Under the pieces are notes generated by a model. It was given only the letters and a program-made list of their open reading frames with translations. It did not search any database and was not told the DNA's origin. Positions 13,137 to 27,306 of a stretch of DNA of 64,000 bases are shown here, piece by piece. Source of the stretch: Eledone cirrhosa. Taxonomy: Eukaryota. Made by a program: the position numbers and the translations under genes. Location: the NCBI GenBank assembly GCA_964016885.1, contig OZ024741.1:30256001-30320000 (forward strand), given 5' to 3'. How positions within the stretch are numbered: position 1 is the stretch's first letter; each line of letters begins with the position of its first letter.

Positions 13137-13655
13137 GTATGGGTTTACCGAACATTTATTATAATGTTCGGTTTGTTTGTAAACAAACAACCCGATTTAC
13201 GCCGTGCAGTGTTCGGCAACCATCGTCGCCCTTTTGTTCCATACTTACACAGGAACGATGTACTAGTTTCAAACTTATTAGCTATCGTTAGCATCGTATA
13301 CCTTTCTGTCAGATGATTGAACGTTTGAAAGTATTTACTTTCCTCATACATATTAACGGCTGAGCAGCCTAATTTGCATATCGAGTGAGTTAGTCGGCCG
13401 GGCGCACCGAAAACGATAAATGCAAAAGAATTAAACGAAATTTCATTTCTCACTCTTAGTACGGCTGATACCTAAATATAAGTATGTATACGTACATACA
13501 TATATATATGTATACATACGTACAGTAGTATGTATATATATACATACATGCACACACATATTTATATATGTACGTATGGGTTTACCGAACATTTATTATA
13601 ATGTTCGGTGTGTTTGTAAACAAACAGCCGGAATTCGCTGTACAGTGCTCGGCAA
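12998..13655. repeat. Direct repeats 12998-13219 and 13479-13655, each with small hairpins
   Basis: GTACGTATGGGTTTACCGAACATTTATTATAATGTTCGG..GTAAACAAACA occurs twice; CCGAACATT/AATGTTCGG hairpin. Confidence 0.85.
13302..13471 (-). CDS. Candidate exon, 170 nt, unknown product
   Basis: Acceptor TATTTAG, donor AAG|GTATAC, open frame VSAVLRVRNEISFNSFAFIVFGAPGRL..FNHLTE; no homology recognised. Confidence 0.25.
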
Positions 13656-13661
13656 TATATA

Positions 13662-13721
<60 letters not shown>

Positions 13722-14115
13722 TGTATGCATGTATCTTATTTTCGCTTCTCATTTTTTTCTATCTCTTATTCTATCTCTGATGCAAGACTAACGTCAGAAA
13801 CGTTTAAATGTATTCCAACTATATCAAGTGTTAAGCTAATATATCTCCTCCTTTTATCTTTCTCCTGTGTTGTTTTCCACACTGACGTTTTCCAAGCACG
13901 CACACAAACGTATGTATATATATATATATATATATATAGTTATAATAATAAATTTGAAGACTAAAATACAAAGAAGGCTCGATAAGGATAAATATATATC
14001 AAATATATAAGAACCGTAGAGCAAATATTTTTATAAATATATATATATATATATACATTTTAAAATATATATATACACATTTTAAAATATATATATATAC
14101 ATATTTTTAAATACA

Positions 14116-14180
<65 letters not shown>

Positions 14181-14240
14181 TTTAAAATGTGTATTTATAT
14201 ATATATATATAAATGCGTGTGTGTGTGTGTGCGTGTGTGT

Positions 14241-14394
14241 GTTCAATCAGGGGTAACCATAGTAAGTAACGTACTCAATGCAAAGCAGAGTATACATTCT
14301 CAATATACAAATGACTTCTAAAGGACAAGAACTGCTTCATTGGAAGAAAATCACCAAGATTTCCTTCGAATGAAATAGTTCTAGTCCTGTAGAA

Positions 14395-14398
<4 letters not shown>
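14241..14398 (-). repeat. Hairpin-plus-tail short repeat family, copy 1
   Basis: AGTTCTAGTCCTGTAGAAGCC and the reverse of GGTTACCCC(C)GATTGAAC, shared with 49453 and 52600. Confidence 0.75.
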
Positions 14399-14436
<38 letters not shown>

Positions 14437-15599
14437 AGAGAGAAGGAGAGAGAGAGAGAGTGAGGCTGTATTTGTGCGAGAGAGAGAGGGAGAATGAGTG
14501 AGTGTGTTTGTGTGTGTGAGAGAGAGAGAGAGATCGTTCGAAATGCAATAATTATGCAACTACCACCAAATATTTAATTGTATACCTTAGAGCTTGTACG
14601 AGCTCAAATTTTGTTGTTTTCTTCTAATAATAGAATATTGCATTATATTTGAGCCGTCGAGAATTATGAACAATAACTGTTATATTTATAATAGGCATCC
14701 TTTATTTATTCTATTCTTTTTACATAGTTCTGCTAATTGCACAATTTTAAACCTGAATAACATTACTTTCAAAACTTGCCCCAAAACACTATATTTTAAA
14801 ACAATACTCTCCACGTTTAATTATTTATCTTCGAAAACAATTTTCCTTCAATTATATTCTGCATATAATACAATTTTTTGCAAATAAAAGATTGGTTAGA
14901 TTTAATTGTATATCACACTATTGCAAACTATTACAGGTAATCCCCTAAGCAACGAGGGAGAATCTACGCAGTAGAAAGGCCTACAAAATATTGCAGGAAA
15001 ATCGACAGAATTCCAGAATACTTTTTTAATGGATGTATAAACTGAATATTTTAATTCGAAATGCCTACAATAAAAGGATCCCCTGGTCAGAGACTGGACG
15101 CCTAGTAAATCAGGTTTGATAAGGATAGGAGGGCTATTATTATTTTATTCATATCAACAGGATAACTTTTGTGAAAACATTAGCGATTTGAATTATAGAA
15201 ACAATATGTTACATTTTATGTAGTATCCTTTTGTTCGTAGACACTGCATTATCATTAATTTTAGTTGCAGACGGGTTATGGATCCAAAATCACCTGCCTA
15301 ATGCATGTATCGACGTATGTATGTATGCATGTATGTCTGTATGTATGTATGGATATATGTATGTAGGTATTATGTGTATGTATGTATTTATTTATGTATG
15401 GATGTATGGATGGATGTGTGTGTTTATGTATGTATGTACGCATCTATATATATATATGTATATATACATGTATGTGTGTATGTATATATGCATGTATACT
15501 CTTTCTTCTCTTAATTTTGAGTTTAATTTTGACCGGCCTCCTACCCGATGGCAAGGTTGTGTAGAAATGAATTTGTTGTCTTTTCTGTATTTTGTCGTT

Positions 15600-16890
15600 G
15601 TCTCTTGTCTCATCCTTTGTATTGCAAGTATATTATATACATTTTCGAGATTCCAGATACCACAGCCATTTTTAGCTTTGAAATTAATGTGAGACGTTCT
15701 TTATTCGCAAATCTATGTTCCGTTATATTGACGGTTATGAAGCTTCAAGTGTATCTTAGATACTGGCTCTGTAAAATCCTCATCAAATGTCCGTAGATAA
15801 GTTCACTCTCTTGTATATTTCTCATCATATTGACATCAAGAAGGTAACTGATTTCTACAACAGAGCATGTTTTTAATGTGTGGTCCCAAACAACATCAGG
15901 CCGGTTGTGCTTTAATTTGGTGGCAGTTTTATTTATAGGTTCCACCAGTATTCCTTTGAAGGATCCAAATTTGATTTGATTTCCGCCCTCCTTAATGCTT
16001 TCCAGATCGTTCTAGTTATCACATCTTGTCTCACAGGGAGGTAGAAACGAGAAGATATTCTTTCAGTGTTGGCAATAATGTGGCTAACATTTTCAATCTT
16101 TGTATTGCAGAGCGTATATCAATTGTCGACTGACGACTTTCCTTTTCCTGGTTTCCATTGAGATATCAATTAAGTAGGATCTTATGAACTTGTCGTAACT
16201 CCATGCTATAGTATTAGTATGGTTTATCGCCTGTATAGTCTGTGTTTCATCTCAAGTAGCAATGTATTTTAAATGTTTGTTTGGGCATTGAGTAGTCTTC
16301 CAATGTTAGAGAGATTGTATCAGGTTTTATTTCATATCTCTCTAATTGATCAATATCTATGTTAAACATATTACTATGTTCATGCTTCTAAACTTGGGCA
16401 ATATCGCTGTAGACATTCTTCTTCTCGTGAATTACTTGCTTCAATTTTATTAACCGGATCCCGTATGATGTTAAAGTGTCTAGTAACACCGAGCAGATTG
16501 CAAGTCCTTATATCCATCTCGATCAGTTCCAGCAATGATTAATACAATAGGTCAGACGTTGGTGTTAGGATGGGCACTGCAAAAGTATTAGTGGGGAATG
16601 TGCTTCTTGTACGATGAGAGATGCGATGGCCATATTCTATATATTCTTCTCAAGTATTCATGCCTGGGCCTCTTCTTATTTATGGGTCCATCATATCTAA
16701 CATTCTCATCCTGTCCAAGGTATCTATAATTGTCGCTTGACTGTAGAATATATAATATGTATAATCAATCTGTTCATTTTTAGTTGTTTACAGGAAGGCC
16801 TAAAGTTTCCACGTTCTATTGTCAATATTTCACATTTGCACTTATCAGATTTCATTCCAATCTCTGTAGAAAATCAAGTAAAGAGGTCCA
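15600..16890 (-). mobile_element. Degenerate R4/Dong-type RLE LINE, 3' part
   Basis: KHNRPDVVWD..CSVVEIS..ELIYGHLMR RLE motif; related to 17600-21170. Confidence 0.8.
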
Positions 16891-16929
16891 GTATGTTTGT
16901 ATGCATGTATATAAGTATGTATGCATGCA

Positions 16930-17330
16930 TGTCAGGTCACCAGAACACCTGCAACACTGATGGTATCCAATTATGTTGACTTGTTCTTCTTTTTGGTAAA
17001 TATCATCTTGGTTAAGAGAGTGGGACTGGCTTTCTGCAGTGCCTTTGCTCACTATAAAAGCTTCACGGCACAGGCATTGCTTTATATCTGGAGATCTCTC
17101 TGCACTTGTCATCACAGGGCACAATGGACCCAGCACTATGTGTCAATAATTGTCACAAGTGTAGTGTTTGTACCAGAGTTTTCAAGTCGCTGGCTGAACT
17201 AAAATGTCACACTTGTTCAGCGCATCGGTAGGGGTTCTCCTACATGGATATAAAGTAGTGGCCGTACTCGAAAACGAGTTGGCAGCCACCATGTGTGTAT
17301 GTATACATTATATAAGTATGTATATATGTA
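16930..17330 (+). mobile_element. RTE-type LINE 3' end with C2H2-like remnant and (TATG)n tail
   Basis: HKCSVCTRVFKSLAELKCH zinc-finger-like stretch; tail GGCCGTACTCGAAAACGAGTTGGCAGCCACC followed by TATG repeats. Confidence 0.55.
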
Positions 17331-17599
17331 TGTTCTTTTGGTCTTATAATTTCACAAATGTTTGCCAATAGAGAGAGAGAGTCGGTTTCTAACATAGACG
17401 CAAGACTCTCTCATTGGAATTTACACAACATCAACTAGGTAGATATGTATGCATGTCTGCATAGATGCATGCGTGTGCGGGTATGGATGTTATTGTATGT
17501 GTGGACGTGTATGTTTTGAGTTATATATGTGCATGTGCATACGCTTTGTATCTGTAGATGTGCATATGCAGTTATTAGATGCACATTTTTGGAATGTTT

Positions 17600-20500
17600 T
17601 ACACATGTTTACTTCCTAACATGTAATTTCCTAATAGTTGGGTTCTTTCTGTTTCTGTGGGCCCAGCTTCTCAATATTTGTACCGCGGCAGTTACTAACC
17701 AGTGCCCTAATAATCACAGGCATAAACCTGAAGGTATTGTCAGGGTGGAGTATCTGTAGATTTCTCATTAGTTCTGCATAAATATTCTTCTTTTCGTTAA
17801 TCTTTGATATTATATTGGCATCATCGGAGCAGCTAACTTCCACTACTGTGCATGCCTTCTTTTCCCTGTCCATATCATAATATTTGGTCTGTTATGCCTG
17901 CATTTTATTGGGGCTTTTACAGGTACATTCCACCAGTACTCTTTCATATTATGTATATGTATGTCTTCCACATTGCCGTAGCTTTTAATGTGTTTATTAT
18001 CGGGGCTATACTTTCTACGGATTACATTGTACAGTGTTTTGGCCACTACATCATGCCTCATAGATAAATAGTACCGCGATGATATCTTTGGACAGCTGCT
18101 TATAACATGGGTGACATCTTCGATGTTAATTCTGCAGAGTCTGCATTTGTTGTCACATCTAGGTGTTTTGCCTCCATCCCTATCTCTTTTGTGAATCAGG
18201 TATTTCGTGTTGATTTCCTTTTCGATTACAAAAGCGTATCCTTGAAAGTGGGAGCAAATATAGCGGCTCTTGGTCGACGATAGACTACTTTGTTTATCTA
18301 TATTAGTTTCACTCTGGGGCTTTCTGGCAAAATATCCATGTATGATTTGTTGTTGATAAGCTTGCAGTTTTTTCATCCAGAGATTCACTGCGGTTCTGCT
18401 GAGCAGCGTCCCATATTTCATATTTTTTTTAATCGGGTGTAATATACCATGGTTACGCGTTCCTTATTACAGATACCATTATAGGATATGTTCTCATCTA
18501 TCCCCAGGTATCTGTAGCAGTCCTCGTCAGCTATCGGTGAAACAGTTAGGCCATTGATGACAATGTTGCTAGATTGGGTTGTTTTTCCCCGCTTTTCAGT
18601 CATATATGAACATTTATCTTGACCAAACTCCATTCCTATATCCTTTGCGAATGTTGTAACCAGGTCAAGATTTTTTTCTTCGTCACATCTATGTTCTTGG
18701 CATAGAGTTTCAGATCATCCACAAAGAAATTATGGGTTAGGTTCGTATTTCTATCCTCCTGTGAACCAATGATGTATCCTTCACATTTCTTGAGCAGAAA
18801 GGATAAGGGGGTTTAATGACATGATAGTATCACAGAGAGACTGTCTCCCTGAAATATACCCATGTGATATTCTATTTTATCAGTGAAAATAGGGTCCTCC
18901 TTCTCTGTTTTTAACTTTAGGATAGTAGCCCAAGAAAAAGATAGCTTCTCTATGGCTCTGATAATAATGTCTGGGACTTTAGCAAGTCGGTGGGCCTCCA
19001 TCATCCGAGAGTGGCGAAGAGAATCGAAAACTTTCCTGTAGTCCAACTAGACTGTAGCCATATTCCTCCTATGTTGTTGCACCTCCGACATCGCAGTTTT
19101 GTTTATCAGTGATGATGTTATTATTTTCACAGTGTTCTTGGAGGAATAGGTTCAGGCAGGCTATATACATCTTATAAATCAGGTTCTGGCATGGAATGGC
19201 TCGATAGTGTTTTGCCAAGTGGGTGTCTTTGTTCTTCGGGAGCAGTATTGTTTGTGCTAATGTCAACCATTCTGGTATAACTGTATCTCCCTTGAGAACT
19301 TGCTGGTAGAGGTCGGTAAGACACCTCCAATAGAATATAAGTTTTATGAACCAGAAGCCGACAATCATGTCTCTTCCTGTTGGTTTCTTATCTTGGAGTT
19401 TTCCCATTACACTCTCAAGGGTATCCTCATTTATTTCGTATGTTTTTGTTGTGTAGGAGCAATAGTTCTTTAGGATTTCTTTTAGCCACACTGCATCTTG
19501 GTTGAAATACTTCTTTTCATCCCATATTTTTCTCCAAAAGGAATCTATGTCTTCCTGGGATGGGGCCTCTGTGACACTTATTATTTTGCCCTTCATATCA
19601 CTATAGACTGGTGTTTAGTTTCGTCTGAATCTTTTATTAAATACTTTTCTTTCATCTACCCCATTCAGGTATCGAAGTTTCTCGCTGACAACTCTCAATT
19701 CTTGTTTGAGGGTGATTACCAAACATCGTTTTCACTCTTTATTGGTGAGGAGTGAAGTTCTTTGTTTTTGTTTGCATGTAAGGAGCATTGTGACATATAT
19801 GGTTTTTCGTAGGTCAGCAATTTTATTTCTATCTTAGTTATATATGATGGTATTTGTGGTGGTGTTTTGTTCTTGTTAATATCTCTGCTATCACCAAGAT
19901 AATGTTTCACTGTCGTTGCTAAGGCATATAAACAGGCGTTGATTTGCCAAAATGTTGGGGTTTTAATCCGTTGTAAATATTCATCCCCTATTTCGTCAAT
20001 AACACTAATATTTCATTATTTGGAGTTTTATTTAGTATTGTTGTTTTAATACGTTCAGCAAGAGAAATGTTTATAGATGAATTAATTTCTCTCTGGAAAA
20101 TTTCGTTGAGGGAAATTTTCAATTGTTTATAGTTTTGATTATTATCATTATCGATAGTATTTTCCACAACATTCGAGGTACACTCGGATGATACACGTGG
20201 TGTCAAATTTCTTAGATTATTATTATTATTTCTTCGGTTATTATTATTATTATCGATAGAATTTTCCCCAGCACTCGGGGTAGACTCAGATGGTATACGT
20301 GGTGTCAAATTTCTTATGGGCATAGTTGTTTCAAGGCTCTGTTCGACCTGGCTGCTAGGAAGTCTAGTAACACGGCGACATGTAGCACGGGATGTTGATT
20401 CCATGTTTGTATTGGGGGACTTACAATTAATATTATTTATCTTATTTTTACGTTCAACAAACGTGGCTTGTTGGCGTAATTGTTTCGCTGTCAAATGATT

Positions 20501-21170
20501 TAGCTGTGGAGGTATTTTGTCCCAATATAGCTTCATTCTGTTCATATAGCCAACGGAGGTATGTTTTGCCATTTTATAACAACTAAATAAATCACTATTA
20601 AGTTCGTAACTCCAAGAGAAGTGTGACTTATAATTTCGGTTTCTTCTGTAGCTACAACTGAATAAGTTTTGTTTACCTTTCTCGTTGTTTTTCTTCAGTA
20701 CTTCCTTAATGTTGTTGATGTTGTGTTGAGCCAAACTGTTTGTAGCAAATCCTTGTAAAATGAAATATGTATTTAGTCGGATATCTCTCTGAATTCGAAT
20801 AAAAGGTGTCTTCAGTGGATCTAGTTCGAAGAATAACCAGTTATTCAACATGACTGGTAGTTCTGGCATTACTGTCGGAGATATTATTCATCTTAAATTT
20901 AATGAATAATCTCCCACGCCAAAATGTGCGACTGATGACGTTGACTGTAAGTATGTATGTATGTTTGCATGTACGGACGTATGTATGCATATATGAATAT
21001 ACGTATGTATTTTTGTATGTAAGTATGTATATATGTATTTTTGTATGTGCGGCACATGGAAATGCTCGGTTTGGTGCCCCAGCGCGCGGTTAGCTCATCG
21101 GGAGTGAGAGATCCCTAGTTCCTGTTAAGATTTCATTCTAGGATATAAGTCCCGGCATTGGTGTTGGAAA
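17600..21170 (-). mobile_element. Near full-length degenerate R4/Dong-type non-LTR retrotransposon (RT + CCHC + RLE)
   Basis: DYRKVFDS, GIFQGDSLS, FVDDL, YRYLGI, CRLC..HVISSC, RHDVVAK, HNRPN and VVEVS motifs in ORFs 17631-20869. Confidence 0.9.
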
Positions 21171-21174
21171 AAAA

Positions 21175-22020
21175 AGAGGTTTGCGACCCACTGCATTTTT
21201 TAGCTGAGAGTAGAAGGCTCGCAGATGTGTCGCTTAGTCTCTGACGAAGCAGTGTGGTGTTCTGGCTCCAGTGGCCACTTGTATCTCGGACACGTCCTCA
21301 AGGTGAATATCGTCAAGGATTTTATTAAAATCGCCCGGACTGATTTGGTGAAGATTCTCAAAATTTATCTCCGATCATTCTAATCCTTGCGACTACACAT
21401 CCCAGGAGCCACCACAAGGTCAGTTCTGGCGGGATCCAGGGAATGTGGAGCCTCAGCGTTCTTTTACCCATGTAGGAAGGGTAGAGGATAATTTCGTTTG
21501 TTTTACAGGGGCCCAATGAGTAGTTTATGGCAAGGGTATCGGTTTTGAAACATACCGAGATGATGGCGAAATGACGGCCCCCGTGCTATGTACTCAATGT
21601 CGTCTCTGATGAATATAAGTGCTGCGTCCATTTGCGATCGGGGCCTAGTTCTGCTTTACATGTTTGCACTGAAATGCATCGCTAAATCAGTGTCCTTCTT
21701 TGAGTTTCTGCCATTACTGGTCCAAACGCTCTTTCTTAACTGAGATAGCAACTTGAAATTAGTGTCTTAATTGTGTAGTTGCGGCTGCGAATGTGCTGTT
21801 GTTGTTGGTTATGTTGGTGTCGTTATTACTTTTGCTGGTCGTGTCGTTCTTCCTCTCATTGCTGGTGTTGTTGTTCTCGTTGTTGATGTGGTCGTTGTTT
21901 CTCTCATTTGTTTTGTTGTTGGTGCTGCTGGTGTTGTTCGTTTTGCGATTGTTGCACTTATTTGTTTTGCTTTTTGTTGTCTGCGTTACTGCTGTTGTTG
22001 TTGGTGGTTATACTGCCCTG
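21175..22020 (-). mobile_element. Degenerate Tx1-type LINE ORF1 fragment
   Basis: Minus-strand translation PSYMGKRTLRLHIPWIPPELTLWWLLG (21401-21480) matches the ORF1 at 38272-38667; decayed CF..THLRAF knuckle; N/T-rich N-terminus. Confidence 0.75.
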
Positions 22021-22035
22021 GCGGTGCTAGTATTA

Positions 22036-22227
22036 ATAATTGTTTCTACTTTTGGCAAAAGGTCTGCAATTATCCCAGTGCATTACTGGTACTTTATTTT
22101 ATCAACCCCGTAAGGATGAAAGGCAAAGTTAACCCCGGCGGGATTAGCACTCAGACCATAAAGGGCCGTAACTCTTTGCTGCAAAGCATGGCGTCCGACC
22201 CTCTACCGATACTGCAAATCCATCGCC
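22036..22227 (-). mobile_element. SINE family A
   Basis: Reverse complement of 215-403. Confidence 0.9.
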
Positions 22228-22723
22228 CCACGTGCTAGCGTTAATAATGCTGGTGCTTTGGGTGGTGTCATCTTTCTCAACGATCGAACCACTGTCACGT
22301 GAGAGCTGGCTTGACGAGAAGGGGTGGGGGCGTATTTCGTTCATATCTTTCAAAGAATGATGTTTGCAAAAACATAAAATAAAATGCAAATATTTGGGCT
22401 CAAGGCTCATATATTATGGGGTCAGCTAAAACACAAGGCAATATGTGGCGCGCTATCAACTGTTTGTAAGAAAAATATAACTGTATAAACACTTAGAAAT
22501 TAAGAAAACTTACGGAGCCATATTCACATACGTCTTGGCAGAATAAACAACAAAGAAAATATGAACTGAATAAGAATTATTTATTACTTTATTCTGTTGT
22601 TCTTGTTTTATATAAATCTGTTTTTTTTTCATAGGTTAGCGGAAGAAAATATCAAACCTTCATTTTGTTTATTTGTTTATAGGTACAATAATTTATTTCT
22701 ACCTCTACTTTCTTTCCCAAACT

Positions 22724-22794
<71 letters not shown>

Positions 22795-23697
22795 ATTCTT
22801 TCTTTTGATTTTACAAGCGTAGACTCTCGATATCTTTATTTTTCGTTTGTTTTCATCTTCTCCCTGTCTAACATGGAGAAATGATATCTTTTGCTATCAA
22901 ATAAGGCAATTTATCATTGAAATTTACTGTAAGCAACCGACACTTTTAAAAGCTTTCATGGAAATAAATTTTAGCTTAATGTCCAAATTCATGGTAGTTT
23001 TACAGATTTGTAGGAAATTCTAGAATGAACTTAATGATCTTTTCATTTTCTCAATGTGTTTCTTTCTTACTTTTCAACTCTCTCTCTCTTTCGTTTTGTT
23101 TTCCTCTATTTTTTCTTTCTCTTTGGGATGTTTTATGTTTTTATTATTCAAAATATTTTTTTTATTTCTATGTTTATTAATTTATATTATTCCTGGGGGT
23201 AAAGGATGGCTACATAGCCAAGACAGCTGACCAACCTATATAATTGATTGGCCCGTTGCTCCATTGATTTAGTTTGAAATAGTATAGCGATCGACTTCGC
23301 TCGAAATTTATAGATTATATAATTAATCTCATTTGCATTGGTTGTTTCGGTTTCTTATGAAATGGAGGAGAATAATATCGTTCTCTAACTTTGGCTAAGC
23401 TTGATGAGTAAAGAATGTAATCGGGCTATCGAATGAAACGTATAGTGTTATCGACTTTGAATGGAGAAGATTCAACGTGAAACTTCATTATTGATGGAAC
23501 AAGGCTCATTTACTCTCAGTGGTGGTTGCCCCATATTATCGTTTAAAAACAAGCAACTGACATGCTACAATGCTATGAAGCATCACAGAATTCACAGAAA
23601 CTATACTTCTGTTGATAAATCTAAATAAAACAATGTTCGGAATCGTTTCTTTTGCAGATAGTTTTATATAATCTGCTCATTTATCCTTGATATACTT

Positions 23698-23970
23698 TGG
23701 AGATGCGTGGCCATGTTGTAAAGCTGTTGAAGCTACAATTGTAATGTCGTGGGTTCGATTCCTGAATTGGATTGTGTGTTGTCCTCTTGAGCAAAACACT
23801 TCATTTCACGTTGCTGAAAATGAATATCAGCTATAGCTGCGAGTTAAAATCTTCAGTGGACTGACGTCCTCTCAAGAGCAGAATTTTGTAATTTCAGTCG
23901 CTTCATGCTACAGAAACCGGAAGAAGCCCCATCTTGATGAGCGTCCAGGCTCGAGATACGCTTTAACTTT
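23698..23970 (+). mobile_element. tRNA-derived SINE, family B-like, diverged
   Basis: B box GGTTCGATTCC; TTGAGCAAAACACTTCATTTCACGTTGC; GCTTCATGCTACAGAAACCGG. Confidence 0.7.
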
Positions 23971-25876
23971 TTCTGATACTATTTTGGGACGTTAAAATAA
24001 TGAAATAATCAAATCCACGGTTTTTATTAAACATGCTCTAAAGTTAGAATATAAAGGGTTAAACAATACATGTAATTTGACATCCACATGAATCTGCTAC
24101 TCTACTAGACTTTTGATTGGTTATATATCCAATAAGCGTATACTGTCTTGAAATTGTGTCATTTATACTAATTTCTACTCGAAATGTCATAGTTTCATCA
24201 ATATATACATGCATGTATATATATATATTTGATAGTCTGTGATACTGGAACAGGAAGACCACAAATCAAAGAAGTACTCGATGCATGATAAGCTGCAGAG
24301 TGGGTATATTAATGAGAATAGAGGATCTATTTCGAGCTCGGCGTTTCGGCTAGTATGAACTGAAAAAGTACTCAGTTATCAAGGACACACGACAGCTGCA
24401 TCCTTCCATCGTCAGTCAGCATTGCACTTGTGATTTCAGTTTGCAAAACAGATTGAATGATTGATCTGTTGATGAGATTCATAGGAGAAAATAATAGAAC
24501 TGACCAAAGATTGAACACAGAAACATACGATAGGCTTTTGACTTCTTATCGAGTCACTACACCACACCCATCCAGTGTTGCACACAGAGGCCTGTCTGGG
24601 GTATTAAGGTTTCAAGTATTAAGGTATTAAGTGTGCATGATGCTTCCAGATTAGTCCAAACTAGAAGGTGCTTCATAGTTTGTAATTGCCTGTATTGGCA
24701 ATTGGAAGCTAGAATTCTTGTGACAAGAAGTACGTACAAAATTATTACTAGAAGTAATTGGACAATAGATGGTGCCTATATGTCTTCGCCACGAGACATT
24801 GAAAATAGAGAAAAATTGACTTTCGTGGGTGAAAACTATATCTATACATACGTATGTGTGTCTGTTTTAGTGGGATCGCACTCCATAAATAACAAGCTTG
24901 AAGGAAGTTCGCATCAATGAGGTGCCGGAGTTGTGATTAGTTGTCGACCTCTGATAAAGAGAATGTGACGAAGTGCATGTTGTATTAAAGTATATATCAT
25001 TACATTAACAGCGAGGATGGGCTTGTGAAAATATGAGACAACATTGTTGATCTCATAAATCATTAAAAATCATCAACGAAAACAAACGTTACTTTGATAT
25101 ATTTCCACGAGGGAAGAATAAGTTTAAAATCTCAATATTATGTTCTGCACCAACACAATACCCTGATCACCCATCGATAGATGGATGACTCTGATCATGG
25201 AATCTGTAGTAACTTTAATCTTACTCTCTAATTAACAGTTGGTTTGATTCAGGAATTGACGTTTAGATCCATTTGTTGGTTTTCTGAAATACGTTGACAT
25301 CTGAATAATCACGAGAGAGATCAAGAGATTGTTTTTTTTTAATATTTACTACTTTGCTTTCACTATCACATGTTAATCATGTACACATCAATTTTCGATT
25401 TAGCATGCTGTAGCCATGCAGAACCTTTGATGACTGGTTGATTTCTGCCATTCAGCGAAATTCTTTCACTTATTTATTAATACACTATGAAGACAAACAC
25501 GTCCCTTCTGATTCTAAAATCATTAAGAGCCATAATAGGCAGTTTTTTTGTTTGTTCTGGTACAATGTTCGCAATATAAACGATGCTCCAATGCTTGTTA
25601 CAGATCCTTTCTATCTCTCTTTCTCTCCCATTCTTTTCTCAAAGCCACTCCCACACACATATACATAATATACCTTATATATGTATATATATATATAAGT
25701 ATATATCAAGCCGTAGGGAAAATATTGGTATTTGCACAGACTAAAAGTTCAAGCAAGCAATTTCTGCAACTGCTGCTATGTTTCTCGGTTCCAGATGATC
25801 TCGCTTTAACGTGAATGCAGAAATTGTTTGCTGAAAATTATAATCCAATGAATTAATAAATAATAATTACTATTAT

Positions 25877-26063
25877 GTGGATTGGCAGTATCGGTAGAGG
25901 GTCGGAAGCGATGCTTTGCAGCAAAGAGTTACGGCCCTTTATTGTCTGAGTTCAAATTTCGCCGAGGTTAACTTTGCCTTTCATCCTTACGGGGTCGATA
26001 AAATAAAGCACCAGTAATACACTGGGATAACTGCTGACCTTGTGCCAAATGTAGAAAAAAATA
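25877..26063 (+). mobile_element. SINE family A; tail interrupted by a LINE fragment
   Basis: Near-identical to 215-403; ends GTAGAAAAAAATA directly into Tx1 sequence. Confidence 0.9.
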
Positions 26064-26551
26064 TTTTATCTGTCTGGTGGCCATGGCGAAAGAGATAGTA
26101 TGGTGGACGCGTCTGAAAGGGCTGAAGACGAGCACTTACCTCTTCGGTGATGCCCTGATTAACTCTTTCCAATTTCATTTGAAAAGGAAAATCAGGGTAG
26201 AGAGGTAGGTGCCCTCTTCCCAGCTTTTTGTTGAAAGATGGGTGAGAGAGGAAAGAATGGCCCGAGTGAATGTATACTCTGAGTATATGCCTGTAAATTG
26301 AAGGTGGAAAAAAGGGTGAGGACATTTGCCCTGGTGGTCAGGCTCACCGTGGCTTTTTTTAATGGGCTTTCTCCACGATGGCCCTCGGAAGTCTCCCCCT
26401 TATTGGGGAATTTGTCATTGTTCTTTTATTACATCCTCTGATTTTTTTGTTTTTGTTTACACGCAGAAATGTCTATTAGTACACTCCTGTATTGTCCTGT
26501 ACTGTCCTTAATGTCTACGTTGTGTAAACCCTTGTGGTTAATAAAGAAAGC
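26064..26551 (+). mobile_element. 5'-truncated Tx1-type LINE (ORF2 end and 3' UTR), followed by (ATT)n at 26552-26620
   Basis: Highly similar to 32769-33247. Confidence 0.92.
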
Positions 26552-26562
26552 ATTATTATTAA

Positions 26563-26620
<58 letters not shown>

Positions 26621-27306
26621 GTTACGCTTTGAGTCTTAGACATTGATGTTATTTAACTGGAAAGTTTGTTGAATTGAATATCAAGCCGCTACCTGCAGCC
26701 TCAGATATTCAGGATGTATCGGAGTGTTCTTGCTGTTCCCAGCAAGCAGGCCCTTTGAAGCGTTCCAAAAAGCGGGGCTGGACTAATCTTCTTTAACCAT
26801 CCTTGGAAACTCTTTGAGATTGTACCTACTGCGCCTATGACAATCAGGATGACCATGATTTCATGGCAGTTGCAAATCCTTTTTACCTACCACTTTAAGT
26901 CCTGGTATCGGTTAATTTTCTCCCTCTCATTTTCTTGCACTCTCGTGTCAAATGTGCAGGCTACATCTACAATCAGGCACGATCTTTTTTCCTTGTTCAA
27001 AACCACCAGGTCAGGTCTATTGTGTTCTAATTTGTTGTCAGTCTGTATATTAAAATCCCAGAGCACCTTCACCTGATCGTTTTCTATCACCGACTCTGGC
27101 TTATGCTTATACCACCTCTCAGAATGTGGCAAATTGTTTCCTTTGCATAGGTGCCAGTGGATCAACCTGCCTATCACATCATGTCTCCAGCCTTTATAGT
27201 AAGTCTGGACTAGGTGTTTACACTCGGATACAATGTGAGCCACATTCTCCTCTCTCTCTCCACAGATCCTACACAGTGGGCTAGCATCCTCCTTGTAAAT
27301 ATAGTG

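Noticed and set aside
14933-15300. Possible Tigger/pogo-like terminus TACAGGTAATCCCC
   Set aside because: No convincing partner TIR or TSD found
20150-20316. ~102-bp duplication in the RLE LINE N-terminus (NLTPR..ENxIDN)
   Set aside because: Ordinary internal duplication in a low-complexity LINE region
10652-23233. Shared 15-mer CAAGACAGCTGACCA at ~10652 and ~23219
   Set aside because: A match this short is expected by chance in 64 kb and the flanks do not align
24530-24700. Possible RTE 3' remnant on the minus strand
   Set aside because: Motif similarity too weak to support
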